From positions 3,472,001 to 3,536,000 of the forward strand of contig OZ218953.1 in NCBI GenBank assembly GCA_965112735.1: a stretch of DNA of 64,000 nucleotides, written 5' to 3'. The DNA is from Phaeosaccion multiseriatum. Its lineage: Eukaryota > Protista > Ochrophyta, other classes. The notes beneath the pieces are model-generated. The model saw nothing but the letters and a program-made list of their open reading frames with translations. It ran no database searches and was not told the DNA's origin. The position numbers and the translations under genes are program-made. This document shows positions 36,772 to 49,071 of this stretch, piece by piece; position 1 is the stretch's first letter, and every line of letters starts with the position of its first letter.

Positions 36772-38144
36772 GCGTGCGTGTACATGTGCATGTCCTCATC
36801 ATCCCCATCCCCGCTACCCCTATGTTGTGGTCTTTCAGGGCAAGTCCGGCTACCGCAGACACCGCCTCGGCTTCTTCCGGAACCTCGTGGTGGGGCCCCT
36901 CAGTGAGGAAGTGGTGAGGCATACCACACAATGCTGTCACTCTCTCTGTAACCCTCCAGACATACCACGCTGTTACTCGTGCGCGCTCTCTCTCACTTCT
37001 CTACCATCTATGGTCATCGTCCTCTCTCGCCGCCCGCCTGTGTGGCGGGGCGTGGCCGCTCATCTCGTTAAAAGGCATGGCTGTTGTGGCCGCGCGGCAT
37101 CCAATCCTGTGGACTCAAACTCCCCGCCCTCCCTCTGTGGCAGGTCTTTCGAGCGTGTGTGGTCCCCCTGCTCCTTAGCGCGGGCGTGGGTGCCAAGACA
37201 GTGGTCCTGCTCAGCCCCTTCGTGTTCGGCATAGGTGAGCGGCTGTCCTGTGGAGGACAAAGCTGTACTATGGGGAGACGAAGGCCTTCCCTTGGGGAGT
37301 TCTCTTTCCCTCCCGCTCGACAGTCACCCGTCACCCCTGCTTCCCGGCCTTGCGCGGCTCCTTTCACCGCTATGCATCTGCACCCCGAGGCGCGAACTTT
37401 GATCGCTCTCGGTTGTGCCTATCTTACCTCCTCTCTCTTTTGTGTCTTACGACCTCACTCTCTCGCCCCACCTCCCTCCCTCTCTGTACGTGTGGTCGTG
37501 TACCGTACATCGCTCTCCCAGCGCACCTACACCACTTACGCGAGACCCTCCGCCAAGGCGCGCCCCTGCCGGCGGCCGTGCTCATGACACTCTTCCAGAC
37601 GCTCTACACCTCTCTCTTCGGGGCCTACGCCGCCTTCCTCTTTGTGCGCACAGGTGAGTCTGAGGCGGGGGTAAGGGTAATTGCCCTGCTGGATCTGCTT
37701 GTGGTGTTGTAAGCAATGGCTCTGTGACTTGACCTGCTGGATCTGCTGGTGGTGTTGTAGAAGGAATGGCTCTGTGACTCTCGCCCGTTGCCTCGGGGCC
37801 AAGGCGCTGTCCTCTCCCTTGTCCCTTTTCATCATACACTTACGCACCACCCAACCTCTCCTTATCTCTGCCAACCCCTCCACCCCCTCCCAGGCCACTT
37901 GCTGCCCGCGTTGCTAAGCCATGTGTTCTGTAACTTCATGGGCCTGCCCGATGTGTCCTTCAACACCCCCCCGGGGGGCCAAGCCTCGTACCGCCTCTCT
38001 GTGCTGTACCCGCTCCGGGGGGTGCTGTGGGGTGCGTATGGGGTGGGAGTGGCGCTGTTTGTGGGTCTCCTGCTGCCTCTCACTCGCCCTGCCCTCTACA
38101 GCACCGCGCAAGTGCCCTGGGACAAGGTCATGCCGTGGGCGTGA
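35894..38144 (+). CDS. RCE1: CAAX prenyl protease 2 (RCE1), ~7 exons
   Basis: RNLVVGPLSEEVVFRAC, SPFVFGIAHLHHL, FQTLYTSLFGAYAAFLFVRTG and HVFCNFMGLP are Rce1 catalytic motifs (EE, H, HxxxN). Confidence 0.93.
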
Positions 38145-39283
38145 GGGTGGGAGGCAAGGAGGGGAAGCAGGGGAGGGACGGAGAGGGAGGGGAGGGAGGA
38201 AGGGAAGGGAAGCCGGCGGGGGGGGGTGAAGGGTGTGGAGGAGTCCTCACGCACCGCGCCGAGCTCTGACGGTGTGGAGAGCACCGGCGTTTCCTTTTGG
38301 CGTGTGTGTCCGCATGGCCCGGTTGGACCGACGGTCATGAGAGACAGCGCCCGTGGGGACGAGCGGTGCAGCAGCAGGCCTTGCAGCAGTGCGCTGGGAC
38401 GGTGACGCTACTCTACAAGGGGGGCTAAGAACGGTACATTATTAGCCCCCCATGTGGCTCCTCTACGATCCTCTTGCATAGGACTGGGGTGCAGCCAGCC
38501 GAATCGTATTACAGATGAATGCGATAGTGCGACGCGCCCCCCCCCCTCCGAGGGACCTTTTCTTTGTCCTCTTGGAGATGCGTGGTGGAGTGCTCCTTGT
38601 CGTCTACTCCGGAAGGAAGAGCTCCTTGGGGGCGGGTTGGAGCCATCCATCTTCCCTCGTCGCTTTGGCCGAGGTCGGACAGTTCCATGTCTGTGTCTGC
38701 CTGAGTGCTACCGCGGAACAGCAGTGCGGCTGTGGCCACGCTGCGCGCTCCGCTATTAAGTGAAAGTGTGTGATACGGACATCCTGCTATTGCATGAGGC
38801 AATACCGTGCCCTTGAGAGTCGAAAGGGGAAGTGGTCAGTACAAAGTGGGGGGGAGGGGGGGCTCTCGCTTACGGAGCGCACCCCCGTCTCGTTGTTACA
38901 CATTCCAAATACATTGGTCGCTTCCTCGCCCTCGGGGGAGGTCCACCTCAAACTTAACCCTTTCTTTGCGGGGATGCATTCTCCCTCCTTCCCTCGGAGC
39001 CTTTCTCCTTCATTTATATACCCGAACCTCTGCTGCCCGAAGGAGCCCTTCCTCCCGCCTTCCTCCAATCCGCCTACTCTCGCTGCTCCTTGGCAGCTTC
39101 CCCCCTCCCCATACCCTCGACTTCTTCACTCGACGGTGGTGGAGGAGGGGCGCCGGAAAGGGCGCTGCGGCTGCTACTGCTGCTGCTCTACTAAGCTTAC
39201 TTACGTGAAGCTGCTACGACCTTCTCTTACCACTACTTCTTAATGCCCGTAAATAGCCTTTCTCTCTGTCTCTCCGACTTCCC

Positions 39284-40267
39284 TTATTCCTTGAGCTTGA
39301 TGCTCCGGAAGTAGTTCTCCTTGTCGGCCTTGCGCTTCACAGGGTCAACCTCTCCTGTGCTCCCGCTTGTGCCCATGGGCCGGCGGTACAGCAGGATGTG
39401 GGGCTCCGGCCTGGGGTTGGGTTGGGGAGGGGGGCACATAGGGGCAGGCAGGATGAGGAGTGCTTCCAGGGGCGATGGGCAGTCTGAGGTAGCTTTGAGC
39501 CGCAGTACGGAGAGAAGCAGCACTTACTTGTGGTTGGCATAGTGCACCTGCTCGCAAAGGAATCGAAAGAAGCACAGCGCAAGGCCCACGTTGGGAGGGG
39601 TGGAGAGAGGGTCAGGGATGACACGCAAGGCAAGAAGCAGGACAAGCATGAACGTGCCTTTACACCGTAGCCCAACGTTCTTGTTTCCCCCTCCCTTCTT
39701 TTCGACTCCCTCACTCACCCATCCGCGGCCCATCTGCACGCCGATCTTGTTCCTCCACTCATCCTCGGTGAGCACGCGGCCCTTGGGGAGGTGCTTCACA
39801 AGATGCTTGGGCAGAAGTACGTGTCTGTCGAGGAGAAGCAGTGACAACAGCGGCGGGGCAGTCGCAGAGGAAGGGGAGGGGCATCGTGAGCGATGATACG
39901 GACGAAGTGCAGCAGAGTAGCCCGAGACAGGGCGAGAGTGCTTCTCCAACTGAAGGATACGTCTTCAGGACCCCCTCAGAACCCCCCGCCTTCGTTCCTT
40001 CCTGTCCCAAATACTGCTTCCTCTGTCCGGACTTGACGTGATAGCGATGAGCACCTTTCTGAGGCGGCACGAAGAGAAAGGGCGGAGCACGTGCGTGGGA
40101 GGTGCCTACCTTCCTCCCCTACCCCTCCTCCCCCAAACGTTGCCGAGGGTTACGAACTCCTTTCCCAGTGATCCACCAGTTGACGAAGGATGCATCACTC
40201 ACCTATACTCCCACTCTCCGTCGTAGTAGTACGGCGAGTACTCGATCTCGGCTCCGTAGTCTCCCAT
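39284..40267 (-). CDS. CKS1: Cyclin-dependent kinase regulatory subunit CKS1, 4 exons including a 20-nt exon at 39528-39547
   Basis: Spliced product [62 protein letters not shown]. Confidence 0.96.
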
Positions 40268-40777
40268 GGTCTCTCTCTGTCGGCTCGCGGATTAACTGCT
40301 CTGCTGCCCTTCTCCTCCGCCTGCTCCCGCTACTGCTGTGCTGCTGCAGACTAAAGTGGTTGTCCTCTCTTCAAATCCAGCCTGTGCCCCTTCCTTCTCC
40401 TCTGCGTTGCCGCTGTTGGTCCTTTGCTATCGGTGTGCTAGTGGTGGAGTTTTTCTCTCAAGCTTTTTTTTTGTGGCCGTTTGGTTTTTAGCGCGGTCGA
40501 CCGATGATTGATGACCACGCTACCATCAAATTTCCCAACAGCAGCACTGAGCAGCAGCAGAGCAGAGGGGGATAAGAAAGCAGAGGCAGCAGACGTAGAG
40601 AGAGCAGGGGGAGTCCTGTGTTCTTCTCAAGCGGCGGCAGAAGGACGGCAGCAGCAGAAGCAGTAGGACCTTAAACAGTTGGGAAGGAGCAGCAGGTGGG
40701 GAGAGAAGAGGCAGCAGTAGCAGCGGCAGGAGGAGGAGGGAGAAGGAGAAGACGTCGAAGGAGAGAGCCAAGAAATC

Positions 40778-42371
40778 ATGGAGCGCTATCATAACTTGGA
40801 GAAGAGAGGGGAGGGGGCTTACGGAGCAGTCTACAAGTCGAAGGATATACAAACGGGCAAAATCGTGGCTTTGAAGGTGAGGGGAAGGGAGGTTACCATG
40901 GCAGCAGCACCAGGAGAGAGGAGGACACTGGTCATATGTGGTGTAATCCGAGAGGAGGGTGCTGCTCTTCTTGGCGTGGTGGATTTCTGCCCGTCGCAGC
41001 TGCTTTTGACCTCCGATTTTCATCCAATGCCTTGCGTCCAAGCCGTGACTCGTGGCTTGCTGTGGCGGGGCAGCGGGCTTCCCCGGTGTCCACCCTCCCC
41101 TGGCTCTGACCCTCTTTATGCGCACGTGGAACTCAGCTCTACAATGCACCCCGCCGACCCGTCCTTCTCCCCTTTTCCATCCCCAGAAAATCTTGATGGA
41201 CACTTCCGATGAAGGCATCCCCTCCACCTCTCTGCGGGAGATCTCCATCCTGCGGACGCTGGACCACCCCGACATTGTGCTGCTTAGCGACTGCGTCCAG
41301 GTGGACCATCGGTTGTGGCTGGTGTTCGAATACGTGGACATGGATCTCAAGAAGTACATGGACCAGGTATAGCTGGGTTGGGCAGGGGTCCCGAGCATCT
41401 GCTTTCCTCTCGCCCCACTCACCCATCCCTTCCCTCCCTCCGCTGTCATTGTTGTCTCGCCCCCCCTCGGCCCCCTTTACAGGTGCAGGGCAAGCTGGAC
41501 CCGCAGGTGGTGCAGAGCTTCATGTTCCAGCTGCTGCGCGGCATGGAGTTCTGCCACAAGCGGGGCATCCTGCACAGAGACCTCAAGCCGCACAACCTGC
41601 TCGTATCCAATGGCCTCAAGCTCAAGATTGCGGACTTTGGCCTGGCCCGCTCCTTCGCCCCTCCCATCCGTCCCCTCACGCACGAGGTGGTGACGCTGTG
41701 GTACCGCCCCCCTGAGATATTGCTGGGCTCTCCCACGTACGCGCCCCCCGTGGACATGTGGGGTGTAGGCACCATCTTGGCCGAGCTCGTGTCAAAGCGG
41801 CCGCTCTTCCCCGGGGACTCGGAGGTGGACGAGCTGTTCAAAATCTTCCAGGCCTGTGGGACACCCAACGACGACGACTGGCCGGGAGTCACCAACCTGC
41901 CCGCCTGGAACCCAGGTAAGTGGGTACTTTCCCCCTCATCTGAGCGGAGGCTTCTTTTCCTTCCCTCTCCCTCCTTAACGCTCCCCCTTCCCCGCCGTCC
42001 TCCCCCTTAACTCAGCTTTCCCCAAGTGGAAGGCGCAAGAACTCACGCACTGCTGCCAAGGTCTCACCCCGCTTGGTGAGTCTCTCTAGTCGGTGGGATA
42101 TGTTCGCTCCTAAGGCGTTCCCGCTCTGCTCACCGACTCTTAGATAGTGTCAAGTCTCTGTCGTGCTCCCCTTTCCCCCGCTGAGGAGGATACAAGTGTC
42201 TATGTCTCTCCCTGCCCTGACCTCCACCCCTCCTCCCTCCCCGCCTTGACAGCCGCCGACTTGCTGGAGAACCTTCTGGCGCAGAACCCCACCAAGCGTC
42301 TGTCCGCCCGGGCTGCCCTCAAGCACAGCTACTTCAACGGCTTCGAGGAATCCTCCATCCCAGCCGCATAG
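40778..42371 (+). CDS. CDK1/cdc2-like cyclin-dependent kinase with PSTSLRE cyclin-binding motif, 5 exons
   Basis: [60 protein letters not shown] and GDSEVD (CKS-binding GDSEID-like motif). Confidence 0.96.
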
Positions 42372-43770
42372 AGAGGCCTACAAAGGCCTCCGTCCGTCCG
42401 TCCGTCCGTCTGTCCCCTCAGCGCCACCAGCACCACTTTCAGGTGTTGTCCTTACTCTGCCATTGCCCTTCCACAGCAAGGGGGTGAGGACGGCCTTAAG
42501 GCTATGTATGCTTGTTTGGAGACCAAGGTGTGAGGGGAGTGACAACTGCGTGTGAGAGACGCGCCCTCGCTGTGTGTGTGCCAGTCGTGGGGATGGCGGG
42601 GCACCGGTGAGCGAGCGCTGGAGGAGTCGTGGAGCGGTGCGAATCGATAGAGAAGAAGAAAGGGGGAGGGGGGGGGGGGTCAGGCGCAGTCATTCCGTGG
42701 CGCCGACTTCCGAGGGGTGGTGGTGTTAAGTCTGCGGGGGCCTCGCGCTTCTGCCAATCCGAGGGGAGAGGCAGACGAGGCAGCTCGTAAGGGGGGTGGA
42801 GCGAAAGGGGCGTCTCCCCCCCGCGTAGGGAGCGGGGTGAAACAACAATACACAGCAGTGCTCAGGAGTGGGCGTGTGTGTGTGCGAGTGGTGTCTGGCT
42901 GATGGACTCGCAGCCTTTGTTGTGCATGGGTGATATGTAAGTATGTGGTGGGTGTGATTGAGCGCCGCGAATAAAGGACTTGAGCTATAAAAAGGAAATG
43001 CCCTACGTCGTTCGACAACGGTACACATGCCTTTGCTTTAGTACATTATTAAGTGCCATCTATCATTGTGCACATCCAAACTCACAGATGGCTGGCGGGT
43101 CTGGCAGACCCGGAGCTAATTCAAAAAGCAACAACAACGCAAGACCTCCCACGCGTGAATAAAGTAGGCAGCATAAGGAAGGGGGTGAGGCTGATAGAAA
43201 GAAAGGATTCTGCTGGCGCTGGTACGTGCCTGCTACCGGAGATAGCCCGCCCTTCTGTTCTTGAAGGGGGAGCAAGACGGGGGAAGCGGGGAAGCAGCTA
43301 CGGGGAAGAGGATTAGGAGGAGTTACAACAGATGTGTGATCATGCCGGCCATCTGGTCTCTCTTCTGCTGCCCTTCCTCCACAGCTGCTCATTTCGTTAG
43401 TAGACACTCTTTTTTTGGGCCCTCGGCGCGGCGATCGTGCGGCCGTGAGGTGCCAGCCAGTTTTCCTTTTTTTTGTTCTTTCAATATCGAACACATCGAC
43501 TATCGATATCGAAGCTTCTGTGCTTGCTTGCTCCAAAGGAACAGCGTCTGAAGTATTTTTTCCCCACCACTCTCACTCAGAAGCTCAGAAGTGAGGTCAG
43601 AGGTAAAAGTGAAGGGTGGGTTTATTACATCTTTAAGTGCCATCTATCTATGTCAGAGGTGGCGTCGGAGAAACCAAACTGAAACTGTAACGCCATCTCC
43701 GAGGATTCAGAAAACCAAACATAACATCCTTTTATATGAGGAGGAAGAGACGTCTTAGGATACAGGAACG

Positions 43771-44837
43771 ATGAATGCCTCTATGCAGAAGCTGTACGCT
43801 GACCTGGAGGCCGAGATCGGTCTGGCCGAGACAACGGGTGTGCAGCAAGCCGAAGAGAACCTCTCTGCCGCGGAGAAGGCGAAGCAGTTCGTCGCCGAGA
43901 AGCGACTGGCCATCGAGAGACTTAAGGAGGTGTGCTACTCAGGCAGGCACGGTGTGGGATTGTGCGAAGAGATGGGGCGGGGGAGGCAGCGGTAGATTCG
44001 CGTACACTTAGCGGGCTGGTCTATGCAGCTATATCACACAGAACGTCCAAAAGGACTCCTCAAAGAGGAAAGAGGGAGGATTTGGACGACGTCCCCGTAA
44101 CATCTGTCGTGTTCTCCGCCTCAACCTCCTTTGGTGTGCTCAGATCAGCGACCGTCGCCTGCAGGAAGAGGAAGAGCGGCGCAAGAAGTGGCAGGAGGCG
44201 GAGCTGGTGCGAAAGCGGCAGGCCAAGGAGAGGGCCAAGGCGGAGAAGGATTTGCAGCAGAAGGAGCTGCTCGCCGATCTGAAGCGAAAGACAAGGCGCT
44301 TTTGGGTGCGCAAGACGGACTTCAAAGGCTTGCCCGGAGAGTCGCCCTTCTTAGAGACGGGAGTGGTGGTGAGTCCGCGGAGCGAAGTAGAGCGCAGGTT
44401 TAGGCGCAGAGCAGGCTCTACGCGCTGCAGTCCCTGTCTCTACACCACGAACTCTCACTTTGTACTTCACCACTTCTCGTGTCCACCCACTGTCTCGCTC
44501 TCAATCACCAGTACGTAGGAGAGTTCAAGCAGCTCGGCGATGCCTGGATTCCCCACGGCCACGGAGAGTACCGCCTCCGGGGCGAGGTGCTGTACGAAGG
44601 AGGATTCTGTAACGGCAAAATGCACGGCAAAGGAGAGATGCTCTTCACGGCCACGGGCGAGAGTTGGGTGGGCGGCTTCGACAACGACAGCCTGCACGGC
44701 TACGGAGTGATTGTGGCCAAGGATGACAAGTACGACAAGAGGGCTGCCATCTACCGTAGAAACAAGCGCATGTGCTTCGTGGACGAGCTCACTGCTGGGG
44801 TGCGTGCATACGCCGCGTGTCGGCTGTCTTGTGTGTG

Positions 44838-44879
<42 letters not shown>

Positions 44880-47017
44880 GGGGGGGCTGATCCATCAGTA
44901 TCAAAGTACTCTTTCTGCTTGACCTCATTTCGCTCAACAACCCCCCTGCCTCGCTTCTCCCTTCTCTTTCTCCTCCCCTCCTTCCCCCAGGTGCGACTGA
45001 GGCTTCTCTCTACGCTGCACTTTCCGCAAGGCTTCATGGCGACCCTCATTCGTCCTACGAATAGACCCGCATGGTGAGCGCGCGAGTGGGTGCGTGCTTC
45101 CCCTGGCCTCCGGACGAGCAGGGGGGCGACTATTCCGTCGTTTCGCGCAGTGCAAGCCCTCCTTTCTCCTTTCTCAGCCCTTGTCGAGCCGCTGTGACCC
45201 GACAGTCTCCATGTGTGGTCAATAATTGCCCCCCCCCCCCCCACATCCATCTTCCAACTTTCCAAGCAAGCAAGGAACTAACGAAGCCCCTCCTCCCCCC
45301 CTCTCCTCCCCAACGTCCTTCCCTGGCATCCTCCCCGTCCTCCTCCTTCACATGTTCGGCTGTTTCGCCGCAGTTTCGTCGTGCGGTTCGATACGTGTGG
45401 CGAGGAGAAGACGCTGGACCTTTCCGTGCACGAGTTTGAGCTACTGAGAACTCTCCCCCGCGCTATCCTCATTGAGGACGTCCTCCCTCCCAACGGAGGC
45501 ATCGCCGCCTTCCAGTGCCCTCCGCCGCAGTCCGCCCTTCTGCTGGAGGAGCGAACGAAGCGAAGGGCCGGCCCGAGCATCCGGCTGGACAGCGTGTTGC
45601 AGCCCAGGCCGGCCCTTACATCGGACTATACGTACGTGTGCTGTGCGCGCTTCTCTCTGCCCCCCCCCCTCTCTTTCTCTCTCTCACTCTCTCTCTGTGT
45701 GTACGCGTGTACGTACGTGCTTGAAAAGGTATTGCCGAAACATCTCCGCTGTCAATACAGCCCAAATCGTCTGTCTCGTGCCGTGCACCTTCTTTTGAGT
45801 GTCATGCTTCCCCCAAGCCCTTCTTTTGCTTGCCATACTCGCCGCCCTAAGCTCCGCCGCTTGCCTTGTCCACGCACCGTCTCCACCCCCGGGGCGACAG
45901 CGAGAATTGGTTCTACCCGAAGGACTTAAAAGAGGAGCGGGAGCTGCTGGTGCGTGTGTGCGTGTGTGTGCAGATGGGAGCGATGCTTCGCTTCGTTCGT
46001 AGTGCTTTTTACCCTTTGGCTTCCGAGCAGAGTCTTACAACGGGAAGGGAAGTACAGGAATGGCAGCTTGAGGTCGTCTCCGCGGCGGGTGCCGTCTCCC
46101 GGCGGATGGACAAGTATCTCAGCTCTTCCCTGCCAACCAATCTCGCGCCTAGTGTACGCACTCACGCCGCAGAACGGCCTCTGCCTGCCTGCCGGCCTTG
46201 GCTGCCTACGTGCCCATCTGCCTGTCCTACTCCTCTGTCTGCCTCTCATCGTGTGCTCAGGAGAAGAGCAAGGACGAGGAGGCCCTGAAGCTGCGCAATG
46301 AGCTTCTGTCCAAACGGGCGGAGCACAAGGCTCAAATCAAGGTACATTAGTGCGCAGTGTGCGCTTTGAGCTGTCTCGTCGTCCTATCGGGTTTCCGTAT
46401 CGCCCTACTCTTACTCTGAGAGCGGTCTGAGCCTGAGCCTGAGAGCAAAGGGAGATGTGGACTACCATTGACTCTTGTCCCCCGCCCCCCGAGCGGCCAT
46501 TGTAGCACCCCGCCCCTTCATCCTCTCACCCCCCCCCCTTTGCACTGACCTGCCCTGCCCTGCCCTGCCCTGCCCTGCCCTGCGCTACCCTGCTCGGCCC
46601 CGCCCTCTCAGCGGGAGGAGGGTTCGGAGGCTCTGCGGGAGGCCGGCTCCAAGCAGAAGGCGCTCAAGGCCGAGGAAGCGCAGGAGCAGAGGGCCTTCGA
46701 GGAGCAGGTTGGCCGCCAGTCTTTCCTCTTCTGCTGTGGGACTCTCTTGTTGTCTAATCTCTGGACTCTCTGCCTTGACAGGTGCGGTCTTCGCGCGAGC
46801 AAGCAGTGTCCAAGAACGAGGAGCGCAAGCGCATGATTCAGTCGCAGCACCTGTGAGCAGCGCCTGTGAGCAGCGAGCGTGAGTCGGACTGGGTCGGGCT
46901 GTGACTGATTGACTGATTGACTGTGACGCACACCGCCCCAGCAGCCTCGCCCTCGCCTCCGTGCAGTGTGCGCGTGTGCGGGCCTCGCTGAGACCCCGCT
47001 GCGGGGAAGCTCGTTAG
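43771..47017 (+). CDS. MORN-repeat and coiled-coil protein, multi-exon; 3' end approximate
   Basis: YVGEFK..PHGHGEY, YEGGFCNGKMHGKG and WVGGFDNDSLHGYG are MORN repeats. Charged coiled-coil exons lie on both sides, with GT-AG boundaries. Confidence 0.75.
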
Positions 47018-47249
47018 TGGGAAGCTGTAAGCCATGAGCTTGCTACCCCGAACAGACCAAGAGCGCCGCGCCACTGTGGGGTCGCTCACTCTCTTTCTCG
47101 TCCAGACGGGTGACTTTCGCCGAGTGAGGCGATCGCCATCTAGAGCTCCAGAGCATCCCCGAGGGGCTTCGGCTCGTCGCAGCGACGAAGCGAGGAAGAG
47201 GGAAGCGCGGCAACGGCCGAGCCGAGGGAGGGCCGAGAGAGAGTGGACC

Positions 47250-47289
<40 letters not shown>

Positions 47290-47372
47290 CGAGAGAGCAG
47301 AGCGAGCGCCGAGAGAAGAGCCGACGGAGATCCCTGAGGGGCGCTGGCGGCGAGAGCATGACCTCGCCTGGC

Positions 47373-47631
47373 GTCGGCTCCAGGCGAGGTTTCTCTGGCC
47401 CCCGATAAGCAGAAGCCAGAGGCGGCCTGCGGCCGAAAGCAAGAAGCCAGGGGCTGGGCGTGCGGCTTCAGAAGCCAGCAGGACAGTAGCGAGCCCCCCC
47501 CCCCCCTTTAATTTGTTTTTTCTCCCAGCCTGAGAAGCCAGAAGCCAGACCGTCTGGCCTGAGAAGCCCGAAGCCAGGAGGGGGCTACGGCCCAGAAGCC
47601 AGGAGCCAGAGAAACCTCGCCTGGAGCCGAC
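47373..47631. mobile_element. Foldback/MITE-like element with perfect 27-bp inverted repeats and internal AGAAGCCAG repeats
   Basis: GTCGGCTCCAGGCGAGGTTTCTCTGGC (47373-47399) is the exact reverse complement of 47605-47631. The interior has multiple AGAAGCC(AG) copies and a poly-C tract. Confidence 0.7.
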
Positions 47632-49071
47632 TGGCGACGGCGATCGGGTATTGCTCCAACGACGAGGTGGAGGGCTTGTATGCCATTCGGGCGGCAGAGA
47701 CAGCGAGACAGAGCGCAAATCAAACGGGGGTGGAAACTTCTCATTTTGTGCAAGGCAGCCGATTGGCCAGCCTATGCAGGCGCGTGAGGTGGATATGGCG
47801 ATGTCTCTGGAGGCAAGTAAGTCCCTACCCTACCGGCATTCGAGCACTCAATCTGCCTCCTTTGCGACAAATCCACTTTTCTTCCATCCAAGCAAGAAGT
47901 CTGGTGAGTCTCCAATGCGACCACATTTCACCACTCTACATCCGGGGCCTGATGTTCCTGATCAACAAGTGTCCAAGGCCCGTCTCACTCCCAGAGCCTG
48001 CTTGCCGCTTGCTCGGCGGCTGTCGCTCGCCTCAAACCTTCCTCTAGTAGTGGCTCAGGTGCTCACCGGCGCGGCAGCACTTGCACACCCAGGGGTCGGA
48101 GCCTCACCAGCGGATGTGCCATGGTAACCCCTCCAATCCTCCCAAGAGCGCGTGGCAGTGGCAGCGTGGTAGGCGCTCCATATCGTCAGCTCACAGACCG
48201 TGGACCCTGTCAGGTTGGCACAAGCTGCCCCACGGCACGGAGTCTCATTCACTCGGGTGCTGTGGCCTGTGGCCTACGACGGGGCGGCGTCGCGAGCCGT
48301 AAGCTGGCTGGCGACTCAAGCTCAGTCATTTGCTTCTGGCGGTGGTGGCCCTTAGTTACGAGTCCACGTGTCCAATCCTGCGCCACTTCGCAAGAGCGAT
48401 GGAGAGAATGAAGGAGTTGCCCATAGAAGGCGGCGGTGTGCACTTTGCTCATCTCCTGCCTTACACCTTACAGCAGCTCATTCAGGAGAGGGAAGCAGTA
48501 CTCGTCATCACCATCAGCGGGAGCTGAGGAGAGAGGACGAGAACCATAGATTGCAGAGCGGAGCGAAACACACACATGAGGCCATTAGCTTCGAAGTAGG
48601 TCGCGCGACCCGAACACCAACCACATTTTCCCTCATCAATACATCTTTAGTCTCGTCAAGCCATGGAGATCGAATTCCCGGCAGTTCCGATAGAGCTAAT
48701 ATATCTTCAGTCATTGGGAACGAGGCAGACCTCCCCTCCCCTTTCATAAATGAAACCTGGACGCCATACTTTACTCGCCTCGTTTGGTAGGAGGAAATCC
48801 TGGTGGGGCAGCTGTCCTCCTTCTCCACTCATCGGCAGAGGGAAGCAAGGGATTCTTATTATCGACCACCACGCACCAAAGGCGGCCCTCTGGATTCGAC
48901 TGTGTAAATCACAGATGCCGGAGCCAGTTTCAGTGCCAGTTCTCCCACGAAACGCCACTTCCTATCTGATCCCTATCTCCTCTCCTCCCTCCTCCGACTG
49001 CTCCACTAAGTTCCACTCTTAGGCGCAGCTGAATGACAGGGGGAACTTAACGCCCGGTTCGGGAGAGCGGC

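Noticed and set aside
37683-37780. Two-copy ~48-bp tandem duplication in an RCE1 intron
   Set aside because: A simple local duplication with no termini or coding signal.
42400-43760. Short ORFs between the CDK and MORN genes
   Set aside because: There are no family motifs or consistent splice signals, so it was treated as UTR/intergenic.
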